IMG/VR virus record: IMGVR_UViG_3300023181_000007
Location: 1-55,720 of that record
Length of the DNA stretch: 55,720 nt
Direction: 5' to 3' (one strand)
Source: a virus
Lineage: Duplodnaviria > Caudoviricetes
The first letter of the stretch is position 1, and the number at the start of each line of letters is the position of its first letter. A program made the translations under genes and the position numbers. Under the pieces are notes generated by a model. It ran no database searches. It was not told the origin of the DNA and saw nothing but the letters and a program-made list of their open reading frames with translations. Positions 8,530-16,835 of this stretch are shown one piece after another.

Positions 8530-8845
8530 GTTTAAAATACCTATTTATTTTGGAACTCTAATTGTAATTAAAACAAACGATTTTAAAGCAGTAATAAAAA
8601 AGTACGGCTTAGATAAATCATCGTCAGAATGTGACGCTTTTGTTTTTAGAATAGAAACCAAGAAAAGATTGAGATATTTTGCGGTGTTCAAAAAACATAA
8701 CGTTAGCAATATAGCTCATGAGGCCGTGCACATAGTAAGCGACATATTCCGGGACGGAGGCATAATACCGGATGTAAAGAACGATGAGCCGCAAGCCTAT
8801 CTTACCGGTTGGGTAGCTAATAAAATCCATAAAACATTAAAATAG
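8516..8845 (+). CDS. small HExxH zincin-like protein
   Basis: IAHEAVH...DEPQAY motif. Confidence 0.65.
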   Translation: MKKRKFKIPIYFGTLIVIKTNDFKAVIKKYGLDKSSSECDAFVFRIETKKRLRYFAVFKKHNVSNIAHEAVHIVSDIFRDGGIIPDVKNDEPQAYLTGWVANKIHKTLK

Positions 8846-8846
8846 T

Positions 8847-9020
8847 ATGCAAAAATTAAAACATTGGTTTTTAATCTTAATAGGTGTTAGGAGTAAAAAT
8901 AAAATATACTATCATCAGGTAGTAGATAGATCATTATTGAGGGATTTGAAAAGAGCAATAAAGGCATGTAAGCGTTTAAATGAAGTATCGGAAAAATTAA
9001 CATTAACTTTGCATAAATAA
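8847..9020 (+). CDS. 57-aa basic hypothetical protein (not in the ORF track)
   Basis: MQKLKHWFLILIG... fills the gap. Confidence 0.45.
   Translation: MQKLKHWFLILIGVRSKNKIYYHQVVDRSLLRDLKRAIKACKRLNEVSEKLTLTLHK
9004..9011 (+). promoter_or_regulatory. -7 promoter box before the nuclease/terL genes
   Basis: TAACTTTG, identical to the terS box. Confidence 0.5.
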
Positions 9021-9029
9021 TGCAACGTT

Positions 9030-9686
9030 ATGACAGCAAAAGACATACAATCAATACTTGCAAAATACTACTCTAACGGCGTGCGATACCTTGTGCCAAA
9101 CGTTTACTTTTTTGGAGAGGCATATTGTGAAACTGATCTTTTAGTTATCAAAGAGGGCAATGGTTGGGTTTATGATATTGAAATAAAGATAAGCCGTGCC
9201 GACTTCAAAGCCGACTTTAACAAAAAGGACAAACACAACATATTGCGCCAAGGTGAATATTTAAGAAAAAGCACTAAACAAGTGCAAAATGAAGCCGGCC
9301 TTTTTGATCTTGTAGAAGTAGACAAATATTATCAATCCAAAAGACCGAACCGTTTTTACTTTGCGGTTCCTGACGGTTTAATTAAAATAGATGAAGTCCC
9401 GGAATATGCCGGGCTTTTGTATGTTAATGAATTTGGCAATGTAACTAAGGCAAAAGAGGCACCCATATTGCATAGGGAGGTCATAGAGCCGGAAAAAAGT
9501 CTTTGCCGTAAGTTTTATTATGCCTATGCTGAATTAAAGCTCTATAAGCAAGAAAACGGCATAAACAAACTAAAGAGTAAAATTGCAGAATTAGAAAAAG
9601 AGAACGAACAATTATCAAAGCTATTGAGAAAGTCAAATAGTGATTATTGGATTCTTGAGAGACAGTTAAAAAACCAATCAATATGA
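9030..9686 (+). CDS. PD-(D/E)XK nuclease-like protein (MmcB-like) with C-terminal coiled coil
   Basis: ETDLLVI...DIEIKISRADFKADF; PNRFYFAVP. Confidence 0.7.
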   Translation: MTAKDIQSILAKYYSNGVRYLVPNVYFFGEAYCETDLLVIKEGNGWVYDIEIKISRADFKADFNKKDKHNILRQGEYLRKSTKQVQNEAGLFDLVEVDKYYQSKRPNRFYFAVPDGLIKIDEVPEYAGLLYVNEFGNVTKAKEAPILHREVIEPEKSLCRKFYYAYAELKLYKQENGINKLKSKIAELEKENEQLSKLLRKSNSDYWILERQLKNQSI

Positions 9687-11278
9687 GTGCTAAGACAGAC
9701 AATAATGTAATAAGTCCTCAAGCCGGTTATCAAATGGACGCCTTGAGTAGTTCGGCCGATATAGTTATTGGAGGCGGCGCGGCGGGTGTTGGTAAAACAT
9801 TTACTTTGCTGCTTGAAACCTTGCGTAATATTTATACACCCAATTTTGGTGCGGTTGTGTTCCGTAGAACGTCCCCAATGATCAGGGCGGAGGGTGGTCT
9901 TTGGGATGCCTCCGAAAAGATGTTTACTTTGATAGAGGGCGCAACACCAATTGAGAGCCGTTTAGAATGGGATTTTGGTAGGAATGTAAAGATCAAGTTT
10001 TCTCATTTAGAATATGAAAAAAACATTTACGATTGGCAGGGTTCAGAGATTCCCCTTATATGCTTTGATGAGCTTACGCACTTTACTAAAAAGATGTTCT
10101 TTTATCTTTTATCCCGTAACCGATCAACTTGCGGTGTTAGGCCGTATGTAAGAGCCACGTGTAACCCGGACCCGGATAGTTGGGTTGCTGATTTAATTGC
10201 TTGGTGGATCGGTCCGGATGGTTACCCATTACCGGAGCGTCAGGGAGTGTTACGTTATTTTATGGTTGATAAAGACAATTATGTATGGGGTGATTCTTAT
10301 GAGGAGGTTATAGCCAAATGTTGGGACACTTTAAAACCTATGGTTGAGAAATCAGGATTAAACCCAAGAGACTTTGTTAAATCAATTACATTTATAGGCG
10401 GTTCCATTTATGATAACAAAGAACTATTAACTGTAAACCCGCAATACTTAGGAAATCTTAACGCCCAAGATGAAGCGACAAAGAGCCAACTTTTAGGGGG
10501 AAATTGGCACGTTAAAGTTTCACGAAATGACATATATGATTTTAATAAATTCAACGATATATTTACCAATACCCACGTTAAGGTAAAAATTGAGCAGCTT
10601 AAAAAAGATATTATTACCTATGAGGGTTCATATTTGCCAAACATTGAGAATGATATTAAGCTTTGGAGATCATTAGTCAAAAAATGCATAACGGCGGATA
10701 TAGCGTTAAAAGGATCTGATTTATTTGTTGCCTTAGCATGGGAGGGTAAAATGATCATTGATTTTGTAGTTTATGAAGTAAGCAAGGGGAATGTTGTTGT
10801 AAATGCAATAAAAGGCTTGGCTATAAGGCACGGAATACCAAACAGCGAGATATATTTTGATAATGATGGTGCGGGAGCTTTCGTTGATGGATTTATTGAG
10901 GGTGCTATAGAATTTAAAAACGGTGCCGCCGCCGTAAACGGAGAGGCTTATAATCATTTGAAAAGCCAATGTTATTTTAAATCAGGTGCGGCCGTGTCAC
11001 GTGGTGAGTACTATTGCCCGGAGGAGATCGCTAATAAAAAGACCGTTGGAGATATGACTTTTAAAGAAGCCCTTAAGCGAGAGCGTAAAGCAATTAAGCA
11101 AGGAAAGGCCGACGACGACGGAAAATTACAGGTAATACGTAAGAAAGAAATGAAACTTTATCTAAACGGACAAAGCCCGGATTACATGGATGCGTTTATG
11201 ATGAGAGAATTTGTAGATTTGCATGTACTAATAATTCATGAGACTGATAATGAAACCGCTAATCGAATAATAAGATAA
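9683..11278 (+). CDS. terL: terminase large subunit
   Basis: PQAGYQ Q-motif, Walker A GGAAGVGKT, Walker B ICFDELTHF, ATCNP, nuclease ITADIA...PDYMD. Confidence 0.95.
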   Translation: MSAKTDNNVISPQAGYQMDALSSSADIVIGGGAAGVGKTFTLLLETLRNIYTPNFGAVVFRRTSPMIRAEGGLWDASEKMFTLIEGATPIESRLEWDFGRNVKIKFSHLEYEKNIYDWQGSEIPLICFDELTHFTKKMFFYLLSRNRSTCGVRPYVRATCNPDPDSWVADLIAWWIGPDGYPLPERQGVLRYFMVDKDNYVWGDSYEEVIAKCWDTLKPMVEKSGLNPRDFVKSITFIGGSIYDNKELLTVNPQYLGNLNAQDEATKSQLLGGNWHVKVSRNDIYDFNKFNDIFTNTHVKVKIEQLKKDIITYEGSYLPNIENDIKLWRSLVKKCITADIALKGSDLFVALAWEGKMIIDFVVYEVSKGNVVVNAIKGLAIRHGIPNSEIYFDNDGAGAFVDGFIEGAIEFKNGAAAVNGEAYNHLKSQCYFKSGAAVSRGEYYCPEEIANKKTVGDMTFKEALKRERKAIKQGKADDDGKLQVIRKKEMKLYLNGQSPDYMDAFMMREFVDLHVLIIHETDNETANRIIR

Positions 11279-11280
11279 TT

Positions 11281-12708
11281 ATGGATGAGATAATAAAGTT
11301 ACTTAAGGCAAAACCGGAGGAGGCAATAACACAGTTAACGCAATATCAAAAACCTACCGAGAAAATAGAGCGAAACCGCAAAGAATATTCCGAGCTTAAA
11401 CGAGATAATCGTGATACTCAAGTTGGCAAGGCTATTAAAGATAAAGATATACCCGCATCAGGAAATAAACCCGCATCAAGGGTAATAGGAAATCGTGTTG
11501 CGGTTCCATTTCAAAAAAAGATTGTTACTACATCAACAGCTTTTGAGGTTGGCGAAAAGGTTGTTATAACGCCAAGGATCTCAAGCAACCTATCAATAGA
11601 GATATTGCGCCTATGGGATGTTATCAGGATTGACGATAAAATACAAAAGCTTATTGAGGTTAAGAAGTCAGAGACAGAAAGCGCAATTGTTTTCTATATT
11701 GATAAGATTGACCCGGATAAAAGTTTCAACAAAATACTTGGGCCAAATAAAACCATTGACATAAAAGCCGTTGTTAGAACCTCAAAGGAGGGCAAAATGA
11801 GCATTTATAAAGACTCTTATGGAGACATGAAAGCCTTTGTTTGGCAGTTTACCGAAAAAGTAGGTGATAAAGAGATTAAAAAAGTATGGATATATGACGA
11901 CACTAAATTGTACATACTTGATGATTCAACCGGTAAACTTGGGTTGGTTAGTGAATTGGCACACGGTTTTTCTAAAATACCGGTTGTTTACTTTGAGCAA
12001 GATTTCCCGGAGTGGTACGATGTTGAGGAAATGATAGATCGTTTCGAGGTTAATCTTAGTAAATTAGGTTCGGCCAATGATTATGCCGGTTATCCTTTGC
12101 TTAAATTATACGGTACCCTTACGAGTGGCATGCCTACTAAAGACGATGATGGTAAAACCTTGAGGTTTCCGGTTAAAGAAAGGCAGTCAGACGGGAAAAC
12201 ATCACACGGAGACGCGGAATTTTTAACAATGGATAACGCCCCGGAAAGCGTTAAGTTAGAAATGGACACTTTAGAAAAGCTTATATACACCCTGTCAAAT
12301 ACACCACAATTAGGTTTAAGCGAGTTAAACGGCTTAGGTGCTATATCAGGTATTGCAATACGTTTATTGTTCTTAGATGCAATAATTAAGGCAAAACTAA
12401 ACGAGGGAGGGAATAGAACGAGTATAGAGAGGATTTTAAATGTTTTGATTTCCGGAACTGTAACAACCACAAACGCCTCAATGAAAGGAGAGGCCGAAAA
12501 CTTATTTTTTGATGTAAGTTTTAAAAGTATATTACCAATTGATTTCACGGAATTAGTTGAATACCTTACCCAAGGGGTTGAGGCCGGTGTAATAAGCAAA
12601 AAGACAGCCGTTGAAAAGCTTGCGTTAACGGGAGATAGTGAGGGGGAGATAAAACAGATTGAGACGGAAAAAGCAGCCGAACCCACAAAACCAACTCCAA
12701 CAATTTAA
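11281..12708 (+). CDS. portal protein (SPP1 gp6-like)
   Basis: Follows terL; HGFSKIPVVYF and SGIAIRLLF motifs; 475 aa. Confidence 0.9.
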   Translation: MDEIIKLLKAKPEEAITQLTQYQKPTEKIERNRKEYSELKRDNRDTQVGKAIKDKDIPASGNKPASRVIGNRVAVPFQKKIVTTSTAFEVGEKVVITPRISSNLSIEILRLWDVIRIDDKIQKLIEVKKSETESAIVFYIDKIDPDKSFNKILGPNKTIDIKAVVRTSKEGKMSIYKDSYGDMKAFVWQFTEKVGDKEIKKVWIYDDTKLYILDDSTGKLGLVSELAHGFSKIPVVYFEQDFPEWYDVEEMIDRFEVNLSKLGSANDYAGYPLLKLYGTLTSGMPTKDDDGKTLRFPVKERQSDGKTSHGDAEFLTMDNAPESVKLEMDTLEKLIYTLSNTPQLGLSELNGLGAISGIAIRLLFLDAIIKAKLNEGGNRTSIERILNVLISGTVTTTNASMKGEAENLFFDVSFKSILPIDFTELVEYLTQGVEAGVISKKTAVEKLALTGDSEGEIKQIETEKAAEPTKPTPTI

Positions 12709-12730
12709 AAAATAATATATTTTTATTGCT

Positions 12731-12757
12731 TTGTATAATAAAATATTATTATATTTG
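12731..12757 (+). promoter_or_regulatory. cassette II promoter with TAATAA-N4-TTATTA operator
   Basis: Palindrome 12736-12751 overlaps TATATTTG 12750-12757. Confidence 0.7.
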
Positions 12758-12810
12758 TCCCTGTAATACAATATGTGTTGCAGGGATTTTTAATTAAAAA
12801 ACGTGGAATA

Positions 12811-13032
12811 ATGACAAATTCAAACAAAGCAGACATTGCAAAGAGAAACCAAGAAACCGAAAGAGACATACAGTTTATGATAAAAGGTTTTAAAGATGAG
12901 GGTTATGATTCTGAAAAATTAAATACAGTTCTTTTTCATGCCAATAACTTTGAACAAAGAGGAGGATCTAATGCAAACAGAAGAATGATACAGGCAGCAA
13001 AAAGGCTGTTGAGTACTCCTGAAATATTTTAA
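12811..13032 (+). CDS. hypothetical protein, first gene of cassette II
   Basis: ATG 12811 preceded by CGTGGAATAA (sRNA-complementary); start revised from 12775. Confidence 0.7.
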   Translation: MTNSNKADIAKRNQETERDIQFMIKGFKDEGYDSEKLNTVLFHANNFEQRGGSNANRRMIQAAKRLLSTPEIF

Positions 13033-13049
13033 TTAAAAACATTATTGTC

Positions 13050-13289
13050 GTGGAAAACAATTGGAAAAACTTCAATCAAAGAGCAATAGTAAACATGCAA
13101 ACTATTGTAAATGTTCATGAGCATAGAACAAATAGAATTTGTCCGTATGTAATAGAGAAAGAAACCCTATTACATTACAGCGATACAAAAATTACAATGT
13201 TCGATTATCATTTTGAACATGAGACGTATTTATTTTCAACTGACAACAAAAACATTGGGTTTGTTGCAAGTGTATTTTGCTTAAACTAA
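13050..13289 (+). CDS. hypothetical protein (GTG start inside an sRNA target site)
   Basis: TTAAAAACAT..TTGTCGTGGAA. Confidence 0.7.
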   Translation: MENNWKNFNQRAIVNMQTIVNVHEHRTNRICPYVIEKETLLHYSDTKITMFDYHFEHETYLFSTDNKNIGFVASVFCLN

Positions 13290-13317
13290 TTTATAAATCA
13301 ATAAAACTTTATTTATC

Positions 13318-14103
13318 GTGGAAACTACAAAAAAAACTATCACAGTACTTTTAATGATGATCTCATTAACTTCATTTTCTCAAACAAATTTTAATTACGG
13401 GATGGGTTCAATTGTCTCTCAAGTCATAAGCCCAACTATAGATGTAAATAGTGAGCAAACTAGTCTTTACGGAGGAAAAGGATTGGCAGCTTTTTACATA
13501 AACAAACCAATAACAACGCGTCATGATTCTTTTACCTTAGGAGGCGGTTATAAATATAGCGACGATGGTAATTTTAGCAATCCTGAATTATACGTAAGTC
13601 GTTGCGGTGCTAATGATGATCGTTTTAGAATGGCCTTAATATTTGGAATGTATAGAATAACCGGAGACAATCAGCAAACCGCAAGGGGTACAACTTATTT
13701 ATCGAGGCGCGCAAGTTATGCCGGGGCTGCTTTGTCTTATCACTTTGAAAACAATAATTACTTTGGCGTTAAAGTTGGAGACGTTTATGATGTGGCATAC
13801 ACCGACGGGAGTGACAGCGTTTATTATTTATTTGAAGCTATGACTCCAACAGCTTTCACAAACTTCAATGTTTTTGATAATGGGTTTGAAAAAGTATCTA
13901 TATACGCTCAAGCCTCTTATAATGCTGTTGAGAAAACAAAATACACCGCCGCCGTAAACTTTGAAAATGAGAGGTTGGTTTTAGGAGCTTGGGCCGACGT
14001 TAATATTGGAGCACGTGCCAAATACAAAACCGATTGGCTAGATGTTCAAGTTACTTATGAAAAAGGTTTCTTTGTTGGATTGATAATAAAAGATATACCG
14101 TAA
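13318..14103 (+). CDS. exported, probable outer-membrane beta-barrel protein (GTG start inside an sRNA target site)
   Basis: Signal peptide ...LTSFS-Q; alternating aromatic/Gly beta strands. Confidence 0.65.
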   Translation: METTKKTITVLLMMISLTSFSQTNFNYGMGSIVSQVISPTIDVNSEQTSLYGGKGLAAFYINKPITTRHDSFTLGGGYKYSDDGNFSNPELYVSRCGANDDRFRMALIFGMYRITGDNQQTARGTTYLSRRASYAGAALSYHFENNNYFGVKVGDVYDVAYTDGSDSVYYLFEAMTPTAFTNFNVFDNGFEKVSIYAQASYNAVEKTKYTAAVNFENERLVLGAWADVNIGARAKYKTDWLDVQVTYEKGFFVGLIIKDIP

Positions 14104-14552
14104 TGGATGCCTTAGATATAAGAAGCTTATCCGTTGGAAATGCTGCAATAAGCTTAAAAGGCAAATTGATTGAGCTTAATACAACTATGTTGGGGCAATA
14201 TCAGCTTTGGTTAACTAATGAACAAAAATGGCAATGCCCTTTTCAGGGAATTATCATTACAAACTTAACATTGCCAAGATTAGGTTTTGTTTTGGAGGCG
14301 GAATTAAAAACAGTTATCCCGGAGGATTTGGATTATGGAGGGTTTGAAAACGTCCACATGCACGAATTAGGCTTTGCGATCGGTTTTAAAGATAATGATT
14401 GGCGTTTGCTTACAATTCTATTTGAGCCCGGCAATACAATATTAATCTCACAGGGTAGTAAACCATTGATGTATATACATGAGATACAAAACAATTTATT
14501 TTGGGTGCATGGTGAGCATTTGGATTATCAAATAGATCAAAACGAAAAATAA
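14103..14552 (+). CDS. hypothetical phage protein
   Basis: TAATG coupling; C-terminal YIHEIQN...GEHL motif. Confidence 0.75.
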   Translation: MDALDIRSLSVGNAAISLKGKLIELNTTMLGQYQLWLTNEQKWQCPFQGIIITNLTLPRLGFVLEAELKTVIPEDLDYGGFENVHMHELGFAIGFKDNDWRLLTILFEPGNTILISQGSKPLMYIHEIQNNLFWVHGEHLDYQIDQNEK

Positions 14553-14569
14553 ACTAAATCTAAAATAGT

Positions 14570-14665
14570 ATGATAGGTAAATTCATAATTGGCGTAATAT
14601 TGGGGTTTTGTATTTGCGTTGCTGCAAGTGCATTGATCGGTTTAGTAATAATAATATTTTGGTAG
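14570..14665 (+). CDS. 31-aa single-pass membrane peptide (not in the ORF track)
   Basis: MIGKFIIGVILGFCICVAASALIGLVIIIFW; A-rich leader; ends 1 nt before the next ATG. Confidence 0.55.
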   Translation: MIGKFIIGVILGFCICVAASALIGLVIIIFW

Positions 14666-14666
14666 C

Positions 14667-15302
14667 ATGAAAAATAAAACAGTAAAAAAGCTCATTAAAA
14701 AGCAGCTTAAGACAAAAGAGGCTTTAATTGATGCAAAAAATGGAATGATAAAGTTTTTTAATTTTATAACCCTGTTTTTGTGTTGTTGGTTCTTTGCTTG
14801 TTTAATAGCGGGAATAAATATTAAAGATGATACTTTAGAAATAGCATCTTACGTAAACGCATCGGCAATTATAATATGGCTGTTGTTTGTATTTTGTTAC
14901 AATTACTCACTTTCAAAAAAAATATCTAAAAGTGATATTGCTCTTGAGGAATTGGTTAAATCATGGAACTTTGGAGAGAAAAAATATAAATCTAAAAAAA
15001 CACAGCCTTTACACGTTAAAAATAGTTGTCTTAATCCTGTTATTCAGGAGGGGGATGAGGAGTATAGATATAGGGTTACAGCATTGGCAACATACATAAC
15101 TGTTAACCATGATTTAGATGCAGCAATAAATAAAATAATCCTTTGGCTAGATAATACCCCTCTTAGCCTTGATGATTTAGAAAAAATATTTAATTCATTT
15201 ACTGCAAATACTATTATAAAACACAGCAATCTAATTGAGATATATTCCAATAAAGACGTTGATTATATAATTGATGAAATACAAAAAGAAGCTAACAAAT
15301 AA
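14667..15302 (+). CDS. two-TM membrane protein
   Basis: Two hydrophobic segments followed by a soluble domain. Confidence 0.7.
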   Translation: MKNKTVKKLIKKQLKTKEALIDAKNGMIKFFNFITLFLCCWFFACLIAGINIKDDTLEIASYVNASAIIIWLLFVFCYNYSLSKKISKSDIALEELVKSWNFGEKKYKSKKTQPLHVKNSCLNPVIQEGDEEYRYRVTALATYITVNHDLDAAINKIILWLDNTPLSLDDLEKIFNSFTANTIIKHSNLIEIYSNKDVDYIIDEIQKEANK

Positions 15303-15310
15303 ATAAACGC

Positions 15311-15592
15311 ATGAAATCAATTAATTTTAAAGAGGCCAACGGAAATATAACCGACATTGACGGCACCGAAATAAAGGCCTATAAAAGCGGAGACAGAAAA
15401 GGCATTATTGTATTGGGTTATAAGTTAAGTATAAAGGAAAGGCTTTATATTTTGTTTTTCGGCAAGCTTTGGTTTGCCCAAGTAACCAATAACGCCAATG
15501 TAAAACCGTTTAGGTTAACGATTAACAAATATCAGTTGATACAAAAAATACCAAAGAAAGAAAATACAGAATCAAAACTAAAAAAGACTTAG
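15311..15592 (+). CDS. hypothetical phage protein
   Basis: YKLSIKERLYILFFGKLW motif; weak N-terminal similarity to 44379. Confidence 0.7.
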   Translation: MKSINFKEANGNITDIDGTEIKAYKSGDRKGIIVLGYKLSIKERLYILFFGKLWFAQVTNNANVKPFRLTINKYQLIQKIPKKENTESKLKKT

Positions 15593-15599
15593 ATTTGTC

Positions 15600-15675
15600 T
15601 TGTAATAAAAATGTTTAGTTTGATTGATTTGGTTAATGAGGCCCCTCCCGGTAACACGGAGCAGGGGCTTTTTTT
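15600..15675 (+). ncRNA. candidate small RNA (U/G-rich body plus terminator)
   Basis: TAGATTTG box 15590-15597, non-coding U-rich stretch, GCCCCT...AGGGGC-T7 terminator. Confidence 0.35.
15641..15675 (+). terminator. intrinsic terminator closing cassette II
   Basis: GCCCCT/AGGGGC stem with inner CCG/CGG stem and T7. Confidence 0.8.
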
Positions 15676-15707
15676 ATGGTAAATAGTGTTTGTATAGTAT
15701 TTATTTA

Positions 15708-15715
15708 TAGCTTTG
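15708..15715 (+). promoter_or_regulatory. -7 promoter box for head genes
   Basis: TAGCTTTG with upstream TTTG. Confidence 0.55.
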
Positions 15716-15746
15716 TCCTATTATTAACAATTTAATCACTATCATT

Positions 15747-16382
15747 ATGAATGAGGAATTAATTAAGGCCCTGAAATTAGCCCTTAAAAAAAAGGGACTA
15801 AGTGAGGAACTTTACGAATTTATCAATGTTACCGAGGAGGGTGAGATTGAGGCAGCTATAGCCAAACTAGAGCCGCTTTTGCCTAAACCTACTGTTGACG
15901 TAACTAAAACGCTAGAATTACCTGAATTTAAAAAGGAAATTGACCGACGTATTACTAAAGCAATCCAAACTCACAAAGCCAAAGCGGGCGGTAATGACGC
16001 TCCGGAGGATGAAGAGGAGGATCTTGATGAAGCTAAAGTTTCACCCGAAATGAAAGTTGTATTAAAAGCTTTATCAACGCTTACAACGGAAGTCACAAAC
16101 CTAAAAGCAGGAAAGGAAACCGAGACAAAACAGCAGCAAGCGCAAACCGTTCTTAAATCTTCAAAAATTATCCCGGAAAGCGTGCAAACAAATTGGTTAT
16201 CGCGTATTGATTTAAATTCTGAAACCTCGTTCGAGGATCAGCTTACCGCCTTAGAAAGCGAATTCACGCAAATAGCGCAAACCATTAACAACGGGAGCAC
16301 TTACGCGCCGAAACCGGGGGCGGGAGGTAATAACGTCAAACCCTCTCAAGAGGAGATTGATGCAGTTGTTGGAAACATTTAA
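15747..16382 (+). CDS. capsid scaffolding-like protein
   Basis: Before decoration/MCP genes; EIDRRITKAIQT motif; acidic coiled coil. Confidence 0.7.
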   Translation: MNEELIKALKLALKKKGLSEELYEFINVTEEGEIEAAIAKLEPLLPKPTVDVTKTLELPEFKKEIDRRITKAIQTHKAKAGGNDAPEDEEEDLDEAKVSPEMKVVLKALSTLTTEVTNLKAGKETETKQQQAQTVLKSSKIIPESVQTNWLSRIDLNSETSFEDQLTALESEFTQIAQTINNGSTYAPKPGAGGNNVKPSQEEIDAVVGNI

Positions 16383-16403
16383 AAATCTTAAAAAAAAATC
16401 ATC

Positions 16404-16802
16404 ATGAACGATTTAACCACAGCGGAACAAACTTTCGACACGTCAGCAGACACCGTTATTATCGTTGCGCATTTTGAAAACATTCCGGGGGGCAAAACCC
16501 TTGATGTTTCAAGACTGCCAAACACTACAAAGTATATTGTAGCGGGACACCCTGTTATCTTAGAGACTGCAACTAAAAAGGCAAAAGCTTTGGGAATTTC
16601 AGGAACAACATTTGAAGCGGTTCCGGCCGGTCATGAAGTTATTGGAGCTACAAGAGCAACAGTACCTTATGAAAAGCCGTTTGCATCAGTAATGGTGCGA
16701 GGTACAATTAACGAGGAGGCGTTTAAAAACGCAACCGGGTTAACTTACACACAGGCTGTAAAAGACGCATTTGATCCACTAATCAGATTAATGACCGAGT
16801 AA
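16404..16802 (+). CDS. head decoration protein
   Basis: 132 aa directly before the MCP; IPGGKTLD...AGHPVI...VMVRGTINE. Confidence 0.7.
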   Translation: MNDLTTAEQTFDTSADTVIIVAHFENIPGGKTLDVSRLPNTTKYIVAGHPVILETATKKAKALGISGTTFEAVPAGHEVIGATRATVPYEKPFASVMVRGTINEEAFKNATGLTYTQAVKDAFDPLIRLMTE

Positions 16803-16835
16803 CACCGGTCATTTATCTTAAAACCTTAACACAAA

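Noticed and set aside
15611-15682. 23-aa ORF MFSLIDLVNE...
   Set aside because: It runs through the terminator hairpin and T-run, so it is unlikely to be coding.
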